A stretch of DNA of 64,000 nucleotides. Origin: an uncultured Desulfatitalea sp. GTDB lineage: Bacteria; Desulfobacterota; Desulfobacteria; Desulfobacterales; Desulfosarcinaceae. Location: positions 1,312,001-1,376,000 of the forward strand of contig CAXXMB010000002.1 in the NCBI GenBank assembly GCA_963668675.2, given 5' to 3'. Position numbers and translations under genes: made by a program. The first letter of the stretch is position 1, and every line of letters starts with the position of its first letter. Below, piece after piece: positions 51,246-61,789 of the stretch. The notes under the pieces are model-generated. The model searched no databases. It worked only from the letters and a program-made list of their open reading frames with translations, and was not told the DNA's origin.

Positions 51246-54200
51246 CTATTCGGGCGGGGCGGCCGTTACGCGCCGACGCAAAGTGACCTTTTTCCAGCCG
51301 CCATCCCTGCCCAGGCATTGCCAGGCCCATTTCAACCAACCCAGCAACGACCAAGCCAACCACAGGGACCACACCAGCATCAGCAGATGAAACACCCAAA
51401 CCGGCAAAGTCATCATCCAGGGTTGGGGCATGCGCTCTTTGATCTGGTCCTGAGTCCAGTTCAACACCAGGTGATTCGATTGGTTGCCGGCGATCTGCAT
51501 CTCCGGCTCTCCGACCAATCCCGCTTTGACAGCGGCAAACAGGGCCATCAACGCCACCAGGGTCCAGAGGACCAATCCAACCTGGACCCCATTGAACGGC
51601 AGCCAATGCCCCGGCATGGCCACCTTTGACCTCAGGCCCAGAACCACGATCCAGCCCACGATCAGCAGCGCCATCGCCGTCGGAATCTGGGTCAACCCCA
51701 GAAGCAGCAGCAGCCAGTGCCAGCTCTTCAAAGGGGTTAGCGGCAGACGCCCCAGCACCAGCGATAGCAGAATGATCGCGATGACATAACTCCAAAAAAG
51801 CACCGCCGGGCCCCATCTGGGACCACCGACCATTAAAATCCAACGCTGGTCCGGCACATTCACGGTCACCTTGGCATTGACCGCCGCTTGGCCGACCTTC
51901 ACCTCCGGCACCTTGAAAAAGGTGCTGAACGAGGATAAATGGTGCCACTGGATACCCACCTTCTGACTACCCGGCTGCAAAGGAACCGTCACGTAAGATC
52001 CATCCTGCCGCACGGGAAGATTTTTACCGTTCACCTCCACCCGTTGCAGATTGGCCTTGGGTGGAAGCTCTACCGTATGTTGGCCGCCCCGGCTGGTGCG
52101 AAGATCAAGGGTAAGCGCCCCCTGCCCGAAACGTTGACCGGGTGTCACCACCAAAGCGACACCGTCGATGGTTTTCGTCTGGCCGGACACAGCCGCCGGA
52201 CGATGGACCCGGATGGTCACCCGCTCACCCGGCCAGGGCTGCCATTGCGGCTGCCACTGACCCGAGGCGTCCTGATGGTGAACGGCGGCAATTCCGTCCG
52301 TTTCGCAATGCCAGATGGCAGCGGCGTCCAATACCCAGGTTTCAGTCCATGGAACAGCCCTTGGCGCTGCCAGCTCAATTGGCGAAGCGATCTTCAGCAC
52401 GGAGCTGAACGACGCCACCCGCTGGGAAGGCGCCATGTTGATCAGGGCTTGCCCCTGATCTACCTGAATGCCGGCCGTGGTGACCGATTCGTTCGCAACC
52501 AATGGAAGGGTCACCACAATGGGTGTACCCGTGGGAGTCAGGCGGGTCAACGTGGTGGCCACCTTCCATGAGAGTCCCAGATGCAGCACCCGCTCCACCT
52601 TTAAAAAGGGCGGCAGCCCGTTTGCAGGCAGCTCTTCCTTTCGTGAACGATCGGACTGCAGGCGGGTCAGTTGAATAGAGGCACCGGCCCTGCCCTCCGT
52701 GTCGATGCCGTCCAGGCGCCAGCCCTGTACACTATAGGAGGCGTTGTGCGGCCGAAGCGGAAGCGGCAGCTGGATGGCGGCCGCATCGCCGGCATCACCG
52801 GTGAGCACCACCGTATGCACACCGGATGGCACCAATGCCCACATCTGACCGTCATTCGCCAAGCGCAATCCGCTGATCGGCGCATTGTCGAGCAATATCT
52901 GCTCCGGCACCCACGACTTTCGATTGACAGGCAACGGTACGGCCATCCGGTCGGCGCAGTGGATCTTCATCATCAGCTGCACATCGTCCCCGGAAGCCAC
53001 CACCTCCATGCGAGCGATCTCGGCGCAATGGGGCAGGCAATCAGGTTTTTCAAGCAACCTCTGGCGCAACTCGTCGAGAAGTTCAGCCGGCGGATAAGCA
53101 ACAGACTCGGCCGCACTGGGACCGGGTCGCAATAGAGCACCGCACAGGACAACCAGCAGCACAACCGCTGCCACATCGAGTCGCTCGCGCATTCGCTGCC
53201 ACCAAGGCTGCCACCAGGATCTCCGTCCGATCAGAACCCAGATCAACACGACCACCAGGCCGGCCCTGGCCAGAGAGAGCAACAGATTCACCAAAGGGGA
53301 GAGCAGATAAAATCGAACCGGCTGCTCTTTGGCCACCGGCCCACTCCACCCCAGCCGGACTGATCGCCACTTCCAGTCGGGCAATCCGGGCCCGGTGGGA
53401 ATCAGCGCATCCGGATCGTGGACATCCAGTTCCCCCCCTTTCTCGGTCGCCGCGACGGAGAGAGACGCCATCGGTCCTGCGGGTTTCATCGCCTTTTTCC
53501 GGCTGACCGCTCCATCGACCGCACGCTCCTCCATGGGAGCCGACGCAAGCCGCATTCCAGCAGGCGTGGTGTAATCGCTGCGCGGTGCCAACTGAGGATA
53601 GACCCCCCAGCGAATTTGCTGCACCATGAAGGGAACGGCGATCACCAACAACGCAGCCACAGCGCCGATGCCCCACAACACCACCAGACGTCGGAACCAC
53701 CCGACCGGCAGTAGCGGCATCAACGCCAATACGGCCAATATATGAAGCCATATCAGGCGCGGGGCTCCCGGCTCGTGCCAGATCAGCACCAGCGTCACCA
53801 ATGCCACCAGGCCCCACGGCCACGAACGCAACTTGACGATCGCCAGTGCGATGATCAACAACAGGAAAAAATCCAGCAGGGACCAGCGCTGCAGCCAGGC
53901 ATCCGAGACCCGGTCCACACCGGCCGCCGCAAACAGGCGCCACCCCGGCGGCAGGTTCAGCACGCCGGCCACTGTCTGGAAATCGTGGTCCCATCCCACG
54001 ATGGACATGGTCTCGGACCTGTCGGGCAGACGGGCATCGGCTTCTAAGCTAAGATGGCCGCGCCGCAACTCGACGCCCATCTTCTTCTCCGGCCCCTGCT
54101 CGGTAATCACCCGCTCCCGGCCGGCCACGGCAACGCGCCCCAACGCCACCGGCGCATTGACTGCCAACGACCACTGGCGGCTCAGCGTGCCGTTGACCGT

Positions 54201-55298
54201 ATCGTGCAGCGTAAATCCGGCGCCATCGAAATCGAGCCACCACGTACGGGTCAGAGAGAGCTGGTCGGGCGCCGGGTCAGGATCCCCCCGACGAATCTCC
54301 TTCAGGGTCATGGCGCTGCCGGCCTTTATGGAATAGGCTGGATAGCTACGCCAAGCCGCCGGCATCTCCGTCTGGCTCGGCTCCAGCGGCGGCACATCGA
54401 GCACCTCCACCATACGCTGGGCATGCCTCGGTTGAAACGACCATATCTCGTCCCCGAAAGGGCACTTCCCGGCACTGATTTTGTGCTGGGGACCAGCCAT
54501 GCGAGCGATGACGGCAATCTCCCATCTCCCGGCTCTCGCCTGCACGGTCAAGCTCCCCTTGGCATCCAACCGGACCGGCAGGGGGCTCTTCACCGCCATG
54601 GGCGTGCTATTCCCCATCAAAACGTCTTTCAACACAACTTCGCGTGGATTGCCTGAGACATCCAACCGCAACAGCGTGGTCACCTGCATGGGAATGGTGT
54701 CGTCCAGCAGACGGAAAATACGCACCCCGAGCCGATCCTCATCGCGACTCGTGCCCTGACCCTCTTGAAGCCACAGGCGCCCCTGGTCGTCAATGGCGAC
54801 CGACCGAACCCTACGACCGCCGATGGTGAGATTGAGCAGGCCAAGCGCCGGCGGCACCTGGATCATCTCCGGGACCCGCCGCCATGTAAAGCGCCCCATG
54901 ATACGATGCTCGCCAGGCAACAGTCGCACCATGGGCGCACCGCCACGATTGATCACCGCCGCGGATTGACCATCCACAGTAACGCTGTCAGGCCAAAGCG
55001 CCTGGCTGCCCGGCAAGGCAGCCCACCCTTCGGCAAAGGCCAGCCAACGCTGCTCGAAGGCACACCCATTGTTCTCAACCTCCAATTCAAGCCGCGAAGG
55101 CCACTGGCACCTCGTCGCAGCGCCGTTGTCATAGTCCGTAGGGCAAAGCGCCTCTTCATGGCCTTGGAGCACCCACGACTGCCAAGCATCGAGCCCGGAA
55201 GGAATCCCGCCCGGCCCTACAGCCGCAACAGCCAACGAGCAGACCGCCAAGAACAGATAGAAGCAAATGAAAACGTAACCTGCCAATCGATTCATCAT
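51246..55298 (-). CDS. Large (1350 aa) multi-domain membrane protein of unknown function
   Basis: Signal peptide, two beta-rich extracytoplasmic regions each followed by a TM cluster. Confidence 0.8.
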   Translation of the reverse strand: MMNRLAGYVFICFYLFLAVCSLAVAAVGPGGIPSGLDAWQSWVLQGHEEALCPTDYDNGAATRCQWPSRLELEVENNGCAFEQRWLAFAEGWAALPGSQALWPDSVTVDGQSAAVINRGGAPMVRLLPGEHRIMGRFTWRRVPEMIQVPPALGLLNLTIGGRRVRSVAIDDQGRLWLQEGQGTSRDEDRLGVRIFRLLDDTIPMQVTTLLRLDVSGNPREVVLKDVLMGNSTPMAVKSPLPVRLDAKGSLTVQARAGRWEIAVIARMAGPQHKISAGKCPFGDEIWSFQPRHAQRMVEVLDVPPLEPSQTEMPAAWRSYPAYSIKAGSAMTLKEIRRGDPDPAPDQLSLTRTWWLDFDGAGFTLHDTVNGTLSRQWSLAVNAPVALGRVAVAGRERVITEQGPEKKMGVELRRGHLSLEADARLPDRSETMSIVGWDHDFQTVAGVLNLPPGWRLFAAAGVDRVSDAWLQRWSLLDFFLLLIIALAIVKLRSWPWGLVALVTLVLIWHEPGAPRLIWLHILAVLALMPLLPVGWFRRLVVLWGIGAVAALLVIAVPFMVQQIRWGVYPQLAPRSDYTTPAGMRLASAPMEERAVDGAVSRKKAMKPAGPMASLSVAATEKGGELDVHDPDALIPTGPGLPDWKWRSVRLGWSGPVAKEQPVRFYLLSPLVNLLLSLARAGLVVVLIWVLIGRRSWWQPWWQRMRERLDVAAVVLLVVLCGALLRPGPSAAESVAYPPAELLDELRQRLLEKPDCLPHCAEIARMEVVASGDDVQLMMKIHCADRMAVPLPVNRKSWVPEQILLDNAPISGLRLANDGQMWALVPSGVHTVVLTGDAGDAAAIQLPLPLRPHNASYSVQGWRLDGIDTEGRAGASIQLTRLQSDRSRKEELPANGLPPFLKVERVLHLGLSWKVATTLTRLTPTGTPIVVTLPLVANESVTTAGIQVDQGQALINMAPSQRVASFSSVLKIASPIELAAPRAVPWTETWVLDAAAIWHCETDGIAAVHHQDASGQWQPQWQPWPGERVTIRVHRPAAVSGQTKTIDGVALVVTPGQRFGQGALTLDLRTSRGGQHTVELPPKANLQRVEVNGKNLPVRQDGSYVTVPLQPGSQKVGIQWHHLSSFSTFFKVPEVKVGQAAVNAKVTVNVPDQRWILMVGGPRWGPAVLFWSYVIAIILLSLVLGRLPLTPLKSWHWLLLLLGLTQIPTAMALLIVGWIVVLGLRSKVAMPGHWLPFNGVQVGLVLWTLVALMALFAAVKAGLVGEPEMQIAGNQSNHLVLNWTQDQIKERMPQPWMMTLPVWVFHLLMLVWSLWLAWSLLGWLKWAWQCLGRDGGWKKVTLRRRVTAAPPE

Positions 55299-55463
55299 GT
55301 TGAAGCCTTTGTCGTTGTTTCTGTCAATGCCGGCCCGATGTTGCTGGCGGCCCTGAAAAGAACGGATCTTTTAGATAAACACTGCACATCGATAGTGTTT
55401 TACCAGGGTAAGCCGTGAATTGGGTTCATTTTAACCGTAAACACCAAAACATCAAACCGATTT

Positions 55464-56408
55464 TTAGATCCGGAGCCCTTCACTCCCCACCCGCTGCCGC
55501 CTCTGATACCATATGACCGCCTCCTTTAATGAGGCCTCGAAAGGCGTCGGGTCGTATCCCATACCAAAGGCCGTTAGGCTCTCCAGCGAACAATCGGGCG
55601 ATCGAACAAACGGTAAATCCACGTCGGCAATACGCACCGGACGAATCATGGTCGGCTCAATCTCCAAGGCCTCAGCCACCATCAGCCCCATATCAAAACG
55701 GGACATCCTCGTTCGCCCCCCCAGATGAAGCAGACCTCGCACACGCCCCAACATCGCCAAAAGCCCCCGGGCAGCACTCAAAACGTCTACTGGGGTCCGA
55801 TACTCATCCACAAAAAGGGTCAGGGGACGATTATGAACCACGGCGTCAATCACCTGAGTGGTGAAAGTTGCCTCCGTTTGGGGCCCCCACCCGAAAAGCA
55901 GGGGCAACCGGCAAACCAGGGCCTGTGGACAGTACCGTAGCGCCAACAATTCCGCCGCGGCCTTCTGCCGGCCATATTCACATACCGGATGGGGCACGGC
56001 AGGCTCACTGTAAGGGGCGTTCCGGCCGCTGAACACCAGATCGGTGGAAGTAAAGACCAAATCGCAATCAAAATCGGCGCACATTTGGGCCATATGGCTG
56101 GTAACATCTATGTTGATCCTCGCCGTTTCATCGGGCCGCACCTGGCACTCGTCCACCCGGGATGCCGCAGCAGCATGAACAACCGCCCGGGGCCGCACTT
56201 GCCGGAAGACGGCACTCAACGCATCCAGATCCGTCAGCTCGACCTGCACGAGATGAAGCCCCTCCACCTTTGGCTTTCGGTGACGGTAGAAAGCAAAAAT
56301 TTCCCACTGGTCGTGGGCGACTTCGCACAAAGCATTACCTAACATCCCACCCGCCCCGGTGATGAGCAGACGTGGGATAACTTGTGAATCTCTCAGAGCA
56401 CAAGGCAT
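55464..56408 (-). CDS. RmlD/RfbD-like NAD(P)-dependent sugar-nucleotide reductase (extended SDR)
   Basis: LITGAGGMLG, STDLVF, YGRQK, LFVDEYRTP; start uncertain. Confidence 0.85.
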   Translation of the reverse strand: MPCALRDSQVIPRLLITGAGGMLGNALCEVAHDQWEIFAFYRHRKPKVEGLHLVQVELTDLDALSAVFRQVRPRAVVHAAAASRVDECQVRPDETARINIDVTSHMAQMCADFDCDLVFTSTDLVFSGRNAPYSEPAVPHPVCEYGRQKAAAELLALRYCPQALVCRLPLLFGWGPQTEATFTTQVIDAVVHNRPLTLFVDEYRTPVDVLSAARGLLAMLGRVRGLLHLGGRTRMSRFDMGLMVAEALEIEPTMIRPVRIADVDLPFVRSPDCSLESLTAFGMGYDPTPFEASLKEAVIWYQRRQRVGSEGLRI

Positions 56409-56459
56409 GGCAAAACTTTCAATCATCTAATTAGAAAATGAAAGGGCCAAAGGCAGTAT

Positions 56460-56660
56460 GGAGGTGATGTGTACAGGCAGGAGAGCTACCCCATGCCTTT
56501 AGCGGAAATTTTTACTGCTGCTTAGAGGCAGTGGAGGAATAGTGGTCCGCACTGTCTGAGCGCAGCGAGTTTGCGGACCGCCCGGAGCGCCTCTTAGCAG
56601 CAGTTAAAATTTCCAGCGCCGCATGGGGTAGCTCTCCTGCCTGTACACATCACCGGTGCA
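56460..56660 (+). repeat. ~200-bp palindromic intergenic element, copy 3
   Basis: Perfect 34-bp IR 56463-56496/56621-56654 around the shared 124-nt core. Confidence 0.95.
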
Positions 56661-56801
56661 CATCCTATGTTGCCATCATTGATAGCCAATGCCAGAACAT
56701 ACTCTCTGATCGACCGATCTCTCAATATCCATCCTTTTATGGTATAGAGAGGCCGTGATCGATAACCACCAACTCTCATCCACAACAGATTGAAACCAAC
56801 A

Positions 56802-57887
56802 ATGAGATCCGCCACCATTGCCTATTTCATCACCGACCACGGCTTCGGCCATGCCAGCAGATCCGCTGCCGTCATGGCAGCCCTGGAACGCATGGTGCCC
56901 GAGGTTAGATTCGAACTCTTCACCACCAGTCCCAGGTGGCTCTATGAAGATTCACTCGCCAACATCTTCGGCTACCATTCGGTGCAGACCGATGTGGGCC
57001 TGGTCCAACTCTCCCCCCTGGACGAAGACCTGGAGGCAACCTGCCGGGCACTACAGAAGTGGCTCCCGTTTGAAGAGGCACTTATCCAGCAGCTGGCTGA
57101 TCAGGTAAATCGGCTCGGATGCCGTCTCGTTATGTGCGACATCTCGGCCCTGGGCATCGCCGTGGCCCGCAAAGCCGGAGTACCATCCGTGCTGGTCGAA
57201 AACTTCACCTGGGATTGGATCTATGCCGCCTATGGGGAGATGTTCCCCGAACTGGTTGGATTTTCAAACGATTTGAACGAGCAATACGACCAAGCCGACA
57301 TGCACATCCAAACCGAACCGCTCTGCAACGACGTCGAAGGCGCCATCCGCTTGGCGCCCATCAGCAGAAGCCCACGAACCCCTCCGTCCATAACCCGGGA
57401 TCAGCTGAGTATCCCCAGCCATGCCAAGATGGTCCTGGTCTCCATGGGTGGGGTGCCGGACCGCTTCCGCTTCCTCGAACAACTACCGGAGGCCATCGCC
57501 CCCTTTATCGTCATCCCCGGCTGCGACCGCCCTGCGATCTCACACCGAAAGGTCATCCAATTGCCGGCCCACTCCCGCTTCTACCATCCCGATCTTTTGG
57601 CGGCTGCGGACCTGCTCATCGGCAAGGCCGGCTACAGTACTGTGGCCGAAGCCTACCATGCGGGCGTGCCTTTCGGCTACGTCGCCCGGTCGCAATCCCC
57701 CGAATCGCACGCACTCGAACAGTTCATCGAAACGCACATGGTATCCCGGCCAATCAGTGCCGAAACCTATTCGGACGGACGATGGCTTCAGAAGCTGCCT
57801 GAACTGCTTGATCTTCGCAAAAAGATCAATGGTGAAGAAAACGGTGCCGATAAGGCAGCCCGCCTCATCGCCGATCAGTACTTATGA
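56802..57887 (+). CDS. GT-B fold glycosyltransferase-like protein (resembles the N-terminal domain of plant L-arabinokinase)
   Basis: YFITDHGFGHASR, NFTWDWIY, DLLIGKAGYSTVAEA. Confidence 0.7.
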   Translation: MRSATIAYFITDHGFGHASRSAAVMAALERMVPEVRFELFTTSPRWLYEDSLANIFGYHSVQTDVGLVQLSPLDEDLEATCRALQKWLPFEEALIQQLADQVNRLGCRLVMCDISALGIAVARKAGVPSVLVENFTWDWIYAAYGEMFPELVGFSNDLNEQYDQADMHIQTEPLCNDVEGAIRLAPISRSPRTPPSITRDQLSIPSHAKMVLVSMGGVPDRFRFLEQLPEAIAPFIVIPGCDRPAISHRKVIQLPAHSRFYHPDLLAAADLLIGKAGYSTVAEAYHAGVPFGYVARSQSPESHALEQFIETHMVSRPISAETYSDGRWLQKLPELLDLRKKINGEENGADKAARLIADQYL

Positions 57888-57894
57888 ACCCAAC

Positions 57895-57965
57895 TCAACT
57901 TTCGGGCTTCGCTTACGCCAAAGACGGAGGTGGTTCCAGCGGGTGGTCTGAACCCCGAAAGTTGA
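57895..57965. repeat. Short palindromic (REP-like) element between convergent genes
   Basis: tcaactttcggg.ttc / gaa.cccgaaagttga inverted repeat; minus strand carries GCGAAGC. Confidence 0.65.
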
Positions 57966-57981
57966 TAGCCTGAAAAATAAA

Positions 57982-58833
57982 TCAGAGCTCACGCACCACG
58001 CGATTGGTGAGGGTGCCGACCTTTTCAATCCAGCACGAGACCTCATCCCCCTCCTTGAGCACAATGGGTGGGTCACGGAAAATGCCCACACCGGCCGGAG
58101 TGCCGGTAGCAATCACATCCCCAGGCATCAGGGTGATGTCTTCGCTGATGTCGGCAATAACGGAGGGCAAATCGAAGATCAGATCCCGCGTATGACCATC
58201 CTGCATAATCTGACCGTTGACTCTGGCCGTAAGCCTCAAGTTATGCGGATCGCCGATTTCATCTAAGGTCACCAGGGCCGGCCCCATGGGGGCGAAGGTG
58301 TCGAAAGATTTGCCTCGAAACCACTGGGAATCGGAAAACTGCGCCTCCCGTCCGGACACATCATTCATAACCATCACACCGGCGATATATGCCATCGCCT
58401 GAGAACGGTCGATGCGCTTGCCCCGCTTGCCGATCACCACGGCCAACTCCACCTCCCAGTCGATCTGGCCGGAGCTTTGGGGCAGCAGGATCGAATCGAA
58501 CGGACCGTTGAGCGTGTTGGGCGTTTTACAAAAAATCAGCGGCCGGGTCGGCGCATCGAAGCCACCCTCTTTGGCGTGTTCCTCATAGTTCTTTCCCAGA
58601 CAAATGATCTTAGAGGGGCTTGCGACAGGAGGCCCCCAGCGCTCCTCCGAATGTCGCGCATGGGCAGCAAGATCAACTCCGGCCAGGCGTTCGATCCACC
58701 CTTGACGAAAAAAATCCTCATTGATATCGGGAACTTCTGTGAAAAGGCCCCGCAGATCAACCACATCCTCTCCAATCAACACCCCTGGCCGCTCTTCTCC
58801 CGGCCTTCCCATCCGTATGAGTCTCATCACCAC
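57982..58833 (-). CDS. Fumarylacetoacetate hydrolase family protein
   Basis: KIICLGKNY, DWEVELAVVIG, NDVSGR, GKSFDTF, GDVIATGTPAGVG. Confidence 0.92.
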   Translation of the reverse strand: MVMRLIRMGRPGEERPGVLIGEDVVDLRGLFTEVPDINEDFFRQGWIERLAGVDLAAHARHSEERWGPPVASPSKIICLGKNYEEHAKEGGFDAPTRPLIFCKTPNTLNGPFDSILLPQSSGQIDWEVELAVVIGKRGKRIDRSQAMAYIAGVMVMNDVSGREAQFSDSQWFRGKSFDTFAPMGPALVTLDEIGDPHNLRLTARVNGQIMQDGHTRDLIFDLPSVIADISEDITLMPGDVIATGTPAGVGIFRDPPIVLKEGDEVSCWIEKVGTLTNRVVREL

Positions 58834-59136
58834 CTCGCATAGAGCAACATGTGCGTATAAGTCGAATCGATCCGGCAGCCCATTGCCTCTGTTTCTCTCA
58901 CTCTATGTGCCACGGATCGCCCTCTCTGTAAAGCCGATGGCCGGAAAAGAGTCTCCCCCGAAGGCATATGAGCCAAATCATTAAATATTTCTATAAAATG
59001 ATAGGGTTATATTTGGAATCATCATATCAGATATCCTTTTGACAGAAGCTGGCTTATCAAATTTTTACTTGAATTTTAGCTTGCGCTGTGGAAAATCTGT
59101 AAGGATTCCGTGTCCATCTTAGGAGGCCCTGAGACC

Positions 59137-61653
59137 ATGCATAAACCTTTTCCCAAGCCATCATCCACAGCGGCCGATGATCGTAATGGGCCTCAGATCG
59201 AACAGAAATTAAAAAAACTCAGTGAATTGTTCAGCCTTCTGGGATCCGATCACGAGCAGAACATCCATATCATCGTTCAGCAGGCGTGCCAGTTAATAGA
59301 GAGCAGCTGCTCCCTCTACAATCGCATCGACGACCAGCAGGCTTCCCTGGCATGCTGGTCCGGATACAACCTGCCCCCGGGATTTCCACCCAAAGATACG
59401 GCCGAGGGACATATCTGCTACGAAGTTACCCTGAGAGCAGGCAACCAACCCGTCGCACTTGAGGATCTGACCCAGACCCCCTACTTTGAAAGCGACCCGT
59501 ATATCCGGCAGTTTGGCCTGAAAAGCTATCTCGGCTATCCGGTACGCTGTAAAGACAGCATCATCGGCGGTTTGTGCATTGTCGACACAAAAATCCGCAA
59601 ATTCAATGATGTCGACATCTATATCATTGGCACTTTGGCCAAATTCCTCTCCCTCGAAGAGGAGCGCAAGCAGGCCGAAGCAGCCCTGCGCCACAGCGAA
59701 GGCAAACACCGCAAGCTCTATAAGATGATGCGCCTCATGGCCGACAATGTTCCAGACCTGATATGGGCCAAAGACTTGGACGACCGCTACACGTTCGCCA
59801 ACCAGGCGTTATGCGATAAGTTGCTCAAATGCCGTCATCCGGACGAGGCCATCGGCAATACCGAAACCTATTTCGCCCAAAAGGAGCGGGAACTCGGCCA
59901 TCAACACACGTTCCGCCAAGGCGCCATCGACTCGGACGAGATCACCAAGCTGCGAAAATCGGCCGGCCGATTCCTCGAAGAGGGATTGATCCGCAACCAC
60001 TACCTGATCCTAGATGTGCACAAGGCGCCGTTCTGGGACGACAGCGGCCAGTTGATCGGCACCGTGGGATGCGCCCGTGATGTCACCCGGGAGAAACAGA
60101 CTGCCAAGGCGCTCCAGGAGAGCGAACAGCGCTATAAGGAGCTCTACAACAACGCCCCGGTCATGCTCTATTCGCTGGACAGCGAAGACCAGGTCACCAG
60201 TGCGAGCAACCTGTGGCTGGAGACCATGGGCTATACGCGGAAAGAGGTTATCGGGCGCTCCGCCTTCGATTTTTTTACGCCCCAGAGCCGCCGTGACGCC
60301 ATCGAAAACTCATTCCCCACATTCTACAAGTCCGGACAGATCAAAAACCGACCCTATCAATTCATCACCAAAGAGGGCCACATCAAGGATGTGATACTCA
60401 GCGCCATCGCCCAGCGGGATGAGCACGGCAATTATGCCGGGGCACTCGCCTTCGTCGTGGATGTCACCCTCAACAGGGAAGCAGAAAAGGATCAGCGACG
60501 GCTGGCCACACGGCTCCAGCAAGCCCAGAAGATGGACGCCATCGCGACACTGGCCGGTGGAATAGCCCATCAATTCAATAACGCCCTGGCCGTCATCCTC
60601 GGCAACCTTGAACTGATCCAGATGGACGGCCTGGCCGACACCAAAATCTTGCGGTTCGTAGAACCGATCAACCAGGCCGGCCAAAAGATGGTCCAACTGA
60701 CCAGCCAACTGCTCGCCTACGCCCGGGGAGGCAAATTCCAGACCCAAATCATGGCCTCCCACCGCTTCGTGCATGAGACCCTGAGCCTGGTCAACCATAG
60801 CCTTTCACCTTATGTGGAGCTCGAAACCGATCTGGACGAATCGACCGACCCCATAGAAGTTGACAGCACCCAGATGCAGATGCTGCTGGCCGCCATCCTC
60901 TCCAATGCCTCCGAGGCGATCGAAGAAAAGGGCAGTGTGCGTGTCCAACTGTGCAACACCGAGGTTACGCCAGACGACTGCATCAGATATCAAGGCCTCA
61001 AGGCCGGCCGGCATGTGCTGCTCAGCGTCAGCGACAGCGGGAAGGGGATGGATCAGGAGACGCGCGAACGTATCTTCGAACCCTTCTACACCACCAAATT
61101 CCAGGGCCGAGGACTGGGCATGGCCGCTGTGTACGGTATTGTCAAAAAGCACGGCGGATATGTTTATGTGGACTCGGAATTAGGCCAAGGCACCACGGTC
61201 TCCATCTACCTGCCGTGCGCCCAATCCTCATACCCGGCACCGGATGCTGCCGTCAAAGCCCTGCATCAAAGCCAAGGCAGAGGAACGGCCCTCATCATCG
61301 AAGACGAACAGCTCGTCATGGAGGTGAACCGGGCCATCGTCGAAAAACTGGGATACGGCGTTCTGGAAGCCAAATCAGGGAAAGAGGCATTGCGCATCGC
61401 CGAACAGTACGAAGGCACCATCGACTTCGCCCTGTTGGACGTCATCCTGCCGGACATGAGCGGCAACCAAATCTATCCGAAGATAAAAGAGATACGCCCC
61501 GAACTGAAAGTGATCGTCTGCAGCGGTTTCACCCTCGACGGCCCGGCCCGCGAAATCCTAAACGCCGGCGCAGAGAGCTTTCTTCCCAAACCCTTCTCCG
61601 TCGCCGCCCTCTCCCAGGCACTCGAGGACATCCTCGCCAAGAAAGAGGATTAG
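59137..61653 (+). CDS. Cytoplasmic hybrid histidine kinase (GAF-PAS-PAS-HisKA-HATPase-REC)
   Basis: SYLGYPV, two PAS domains, LAGGIAHQFNN, PFYTTKFQGRGLG, C-terminal REC; RBS aggagg before ATG 59137. Confidence 0.9.
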   Translation: MHKPFPKPSSTAADDRNGPQIEQKLKKLSELFSLLGSDHEQNIHIIVQQACQLIESSCSLYNRIDDQQASLACWSGYNLPPGFPPKDTAEGHICYEVTLRAGNQPVALEDLTQTPYFESDPYIRQFGLKSYLGYPVRCKDSIIGGLCIVDTKIRKFNDVDIYIIGTLAKFLSLEEERKQAEAALRHSEGKHRKLYKMMRLMADNVPDLIWAKDLDDRYTFANQALCDKLLKCRHPDEAIGNTETYFAQKERELGHQHTFRQGAIDSDEITKLRKSAGRFLEEGLIRNHYLILDVHKAPFWDDSGQLIGTVGCARDVTREKQTAKALQESEQRYKELYNNAPVMLYSLDSEDQVTSASNLWLETMGYTRKEVIGRSAFDFFTPQSRRDAIENSFPTFYKSGQIKNRPYQFITKEGHIKDVILSAIAQRDEHGNYAGALAFVVDVTLNREAEKDQRRLATRLQQAQKMDAIATLAGGIAHQFNNALAVILGNLELIQMDGLADTKILRFVEPINQAGQKMVQLTSQLLAYARGGKFQTQIMASHRFVHETLSLVNHSLSPYVELETDLDESTDPIEVDSTQMQMLLAAILSNASEAIEEKGSVRVQLCNTEVTPDDCIRYQGLKAGRHVLLSVSDSGKGMDQETRERIFEPFYTTKFQGRGLGMAAVYGIVKKHGGYVYVDSELGQGTTVSIYLPCAQSSYPAPDAAVKALHQSQGRGTALIIEDEQLVMEVNRAIVEKLGYGVLEAKSGKEALRIAEQYEGTIDFALLDVILPDMSGNQIYPKIKEIRPELKVIVCSGFTLDGPAREILNAGAESFLPKPFSVAALSQALEDILAKKED

Positions 61654-61789
61654 GGTCTCTTCTTTTTTTAGAACGCTGACTTCTTCAGAGGGGTGCCCGC
61701 TCCCTCTACTTATGCGCATAAAAGGCAAACAGCCCTCTTTTATATAGGGCACCGGATAGGAGCAGGTGGCGAAAGAACGAAAAACGAAA

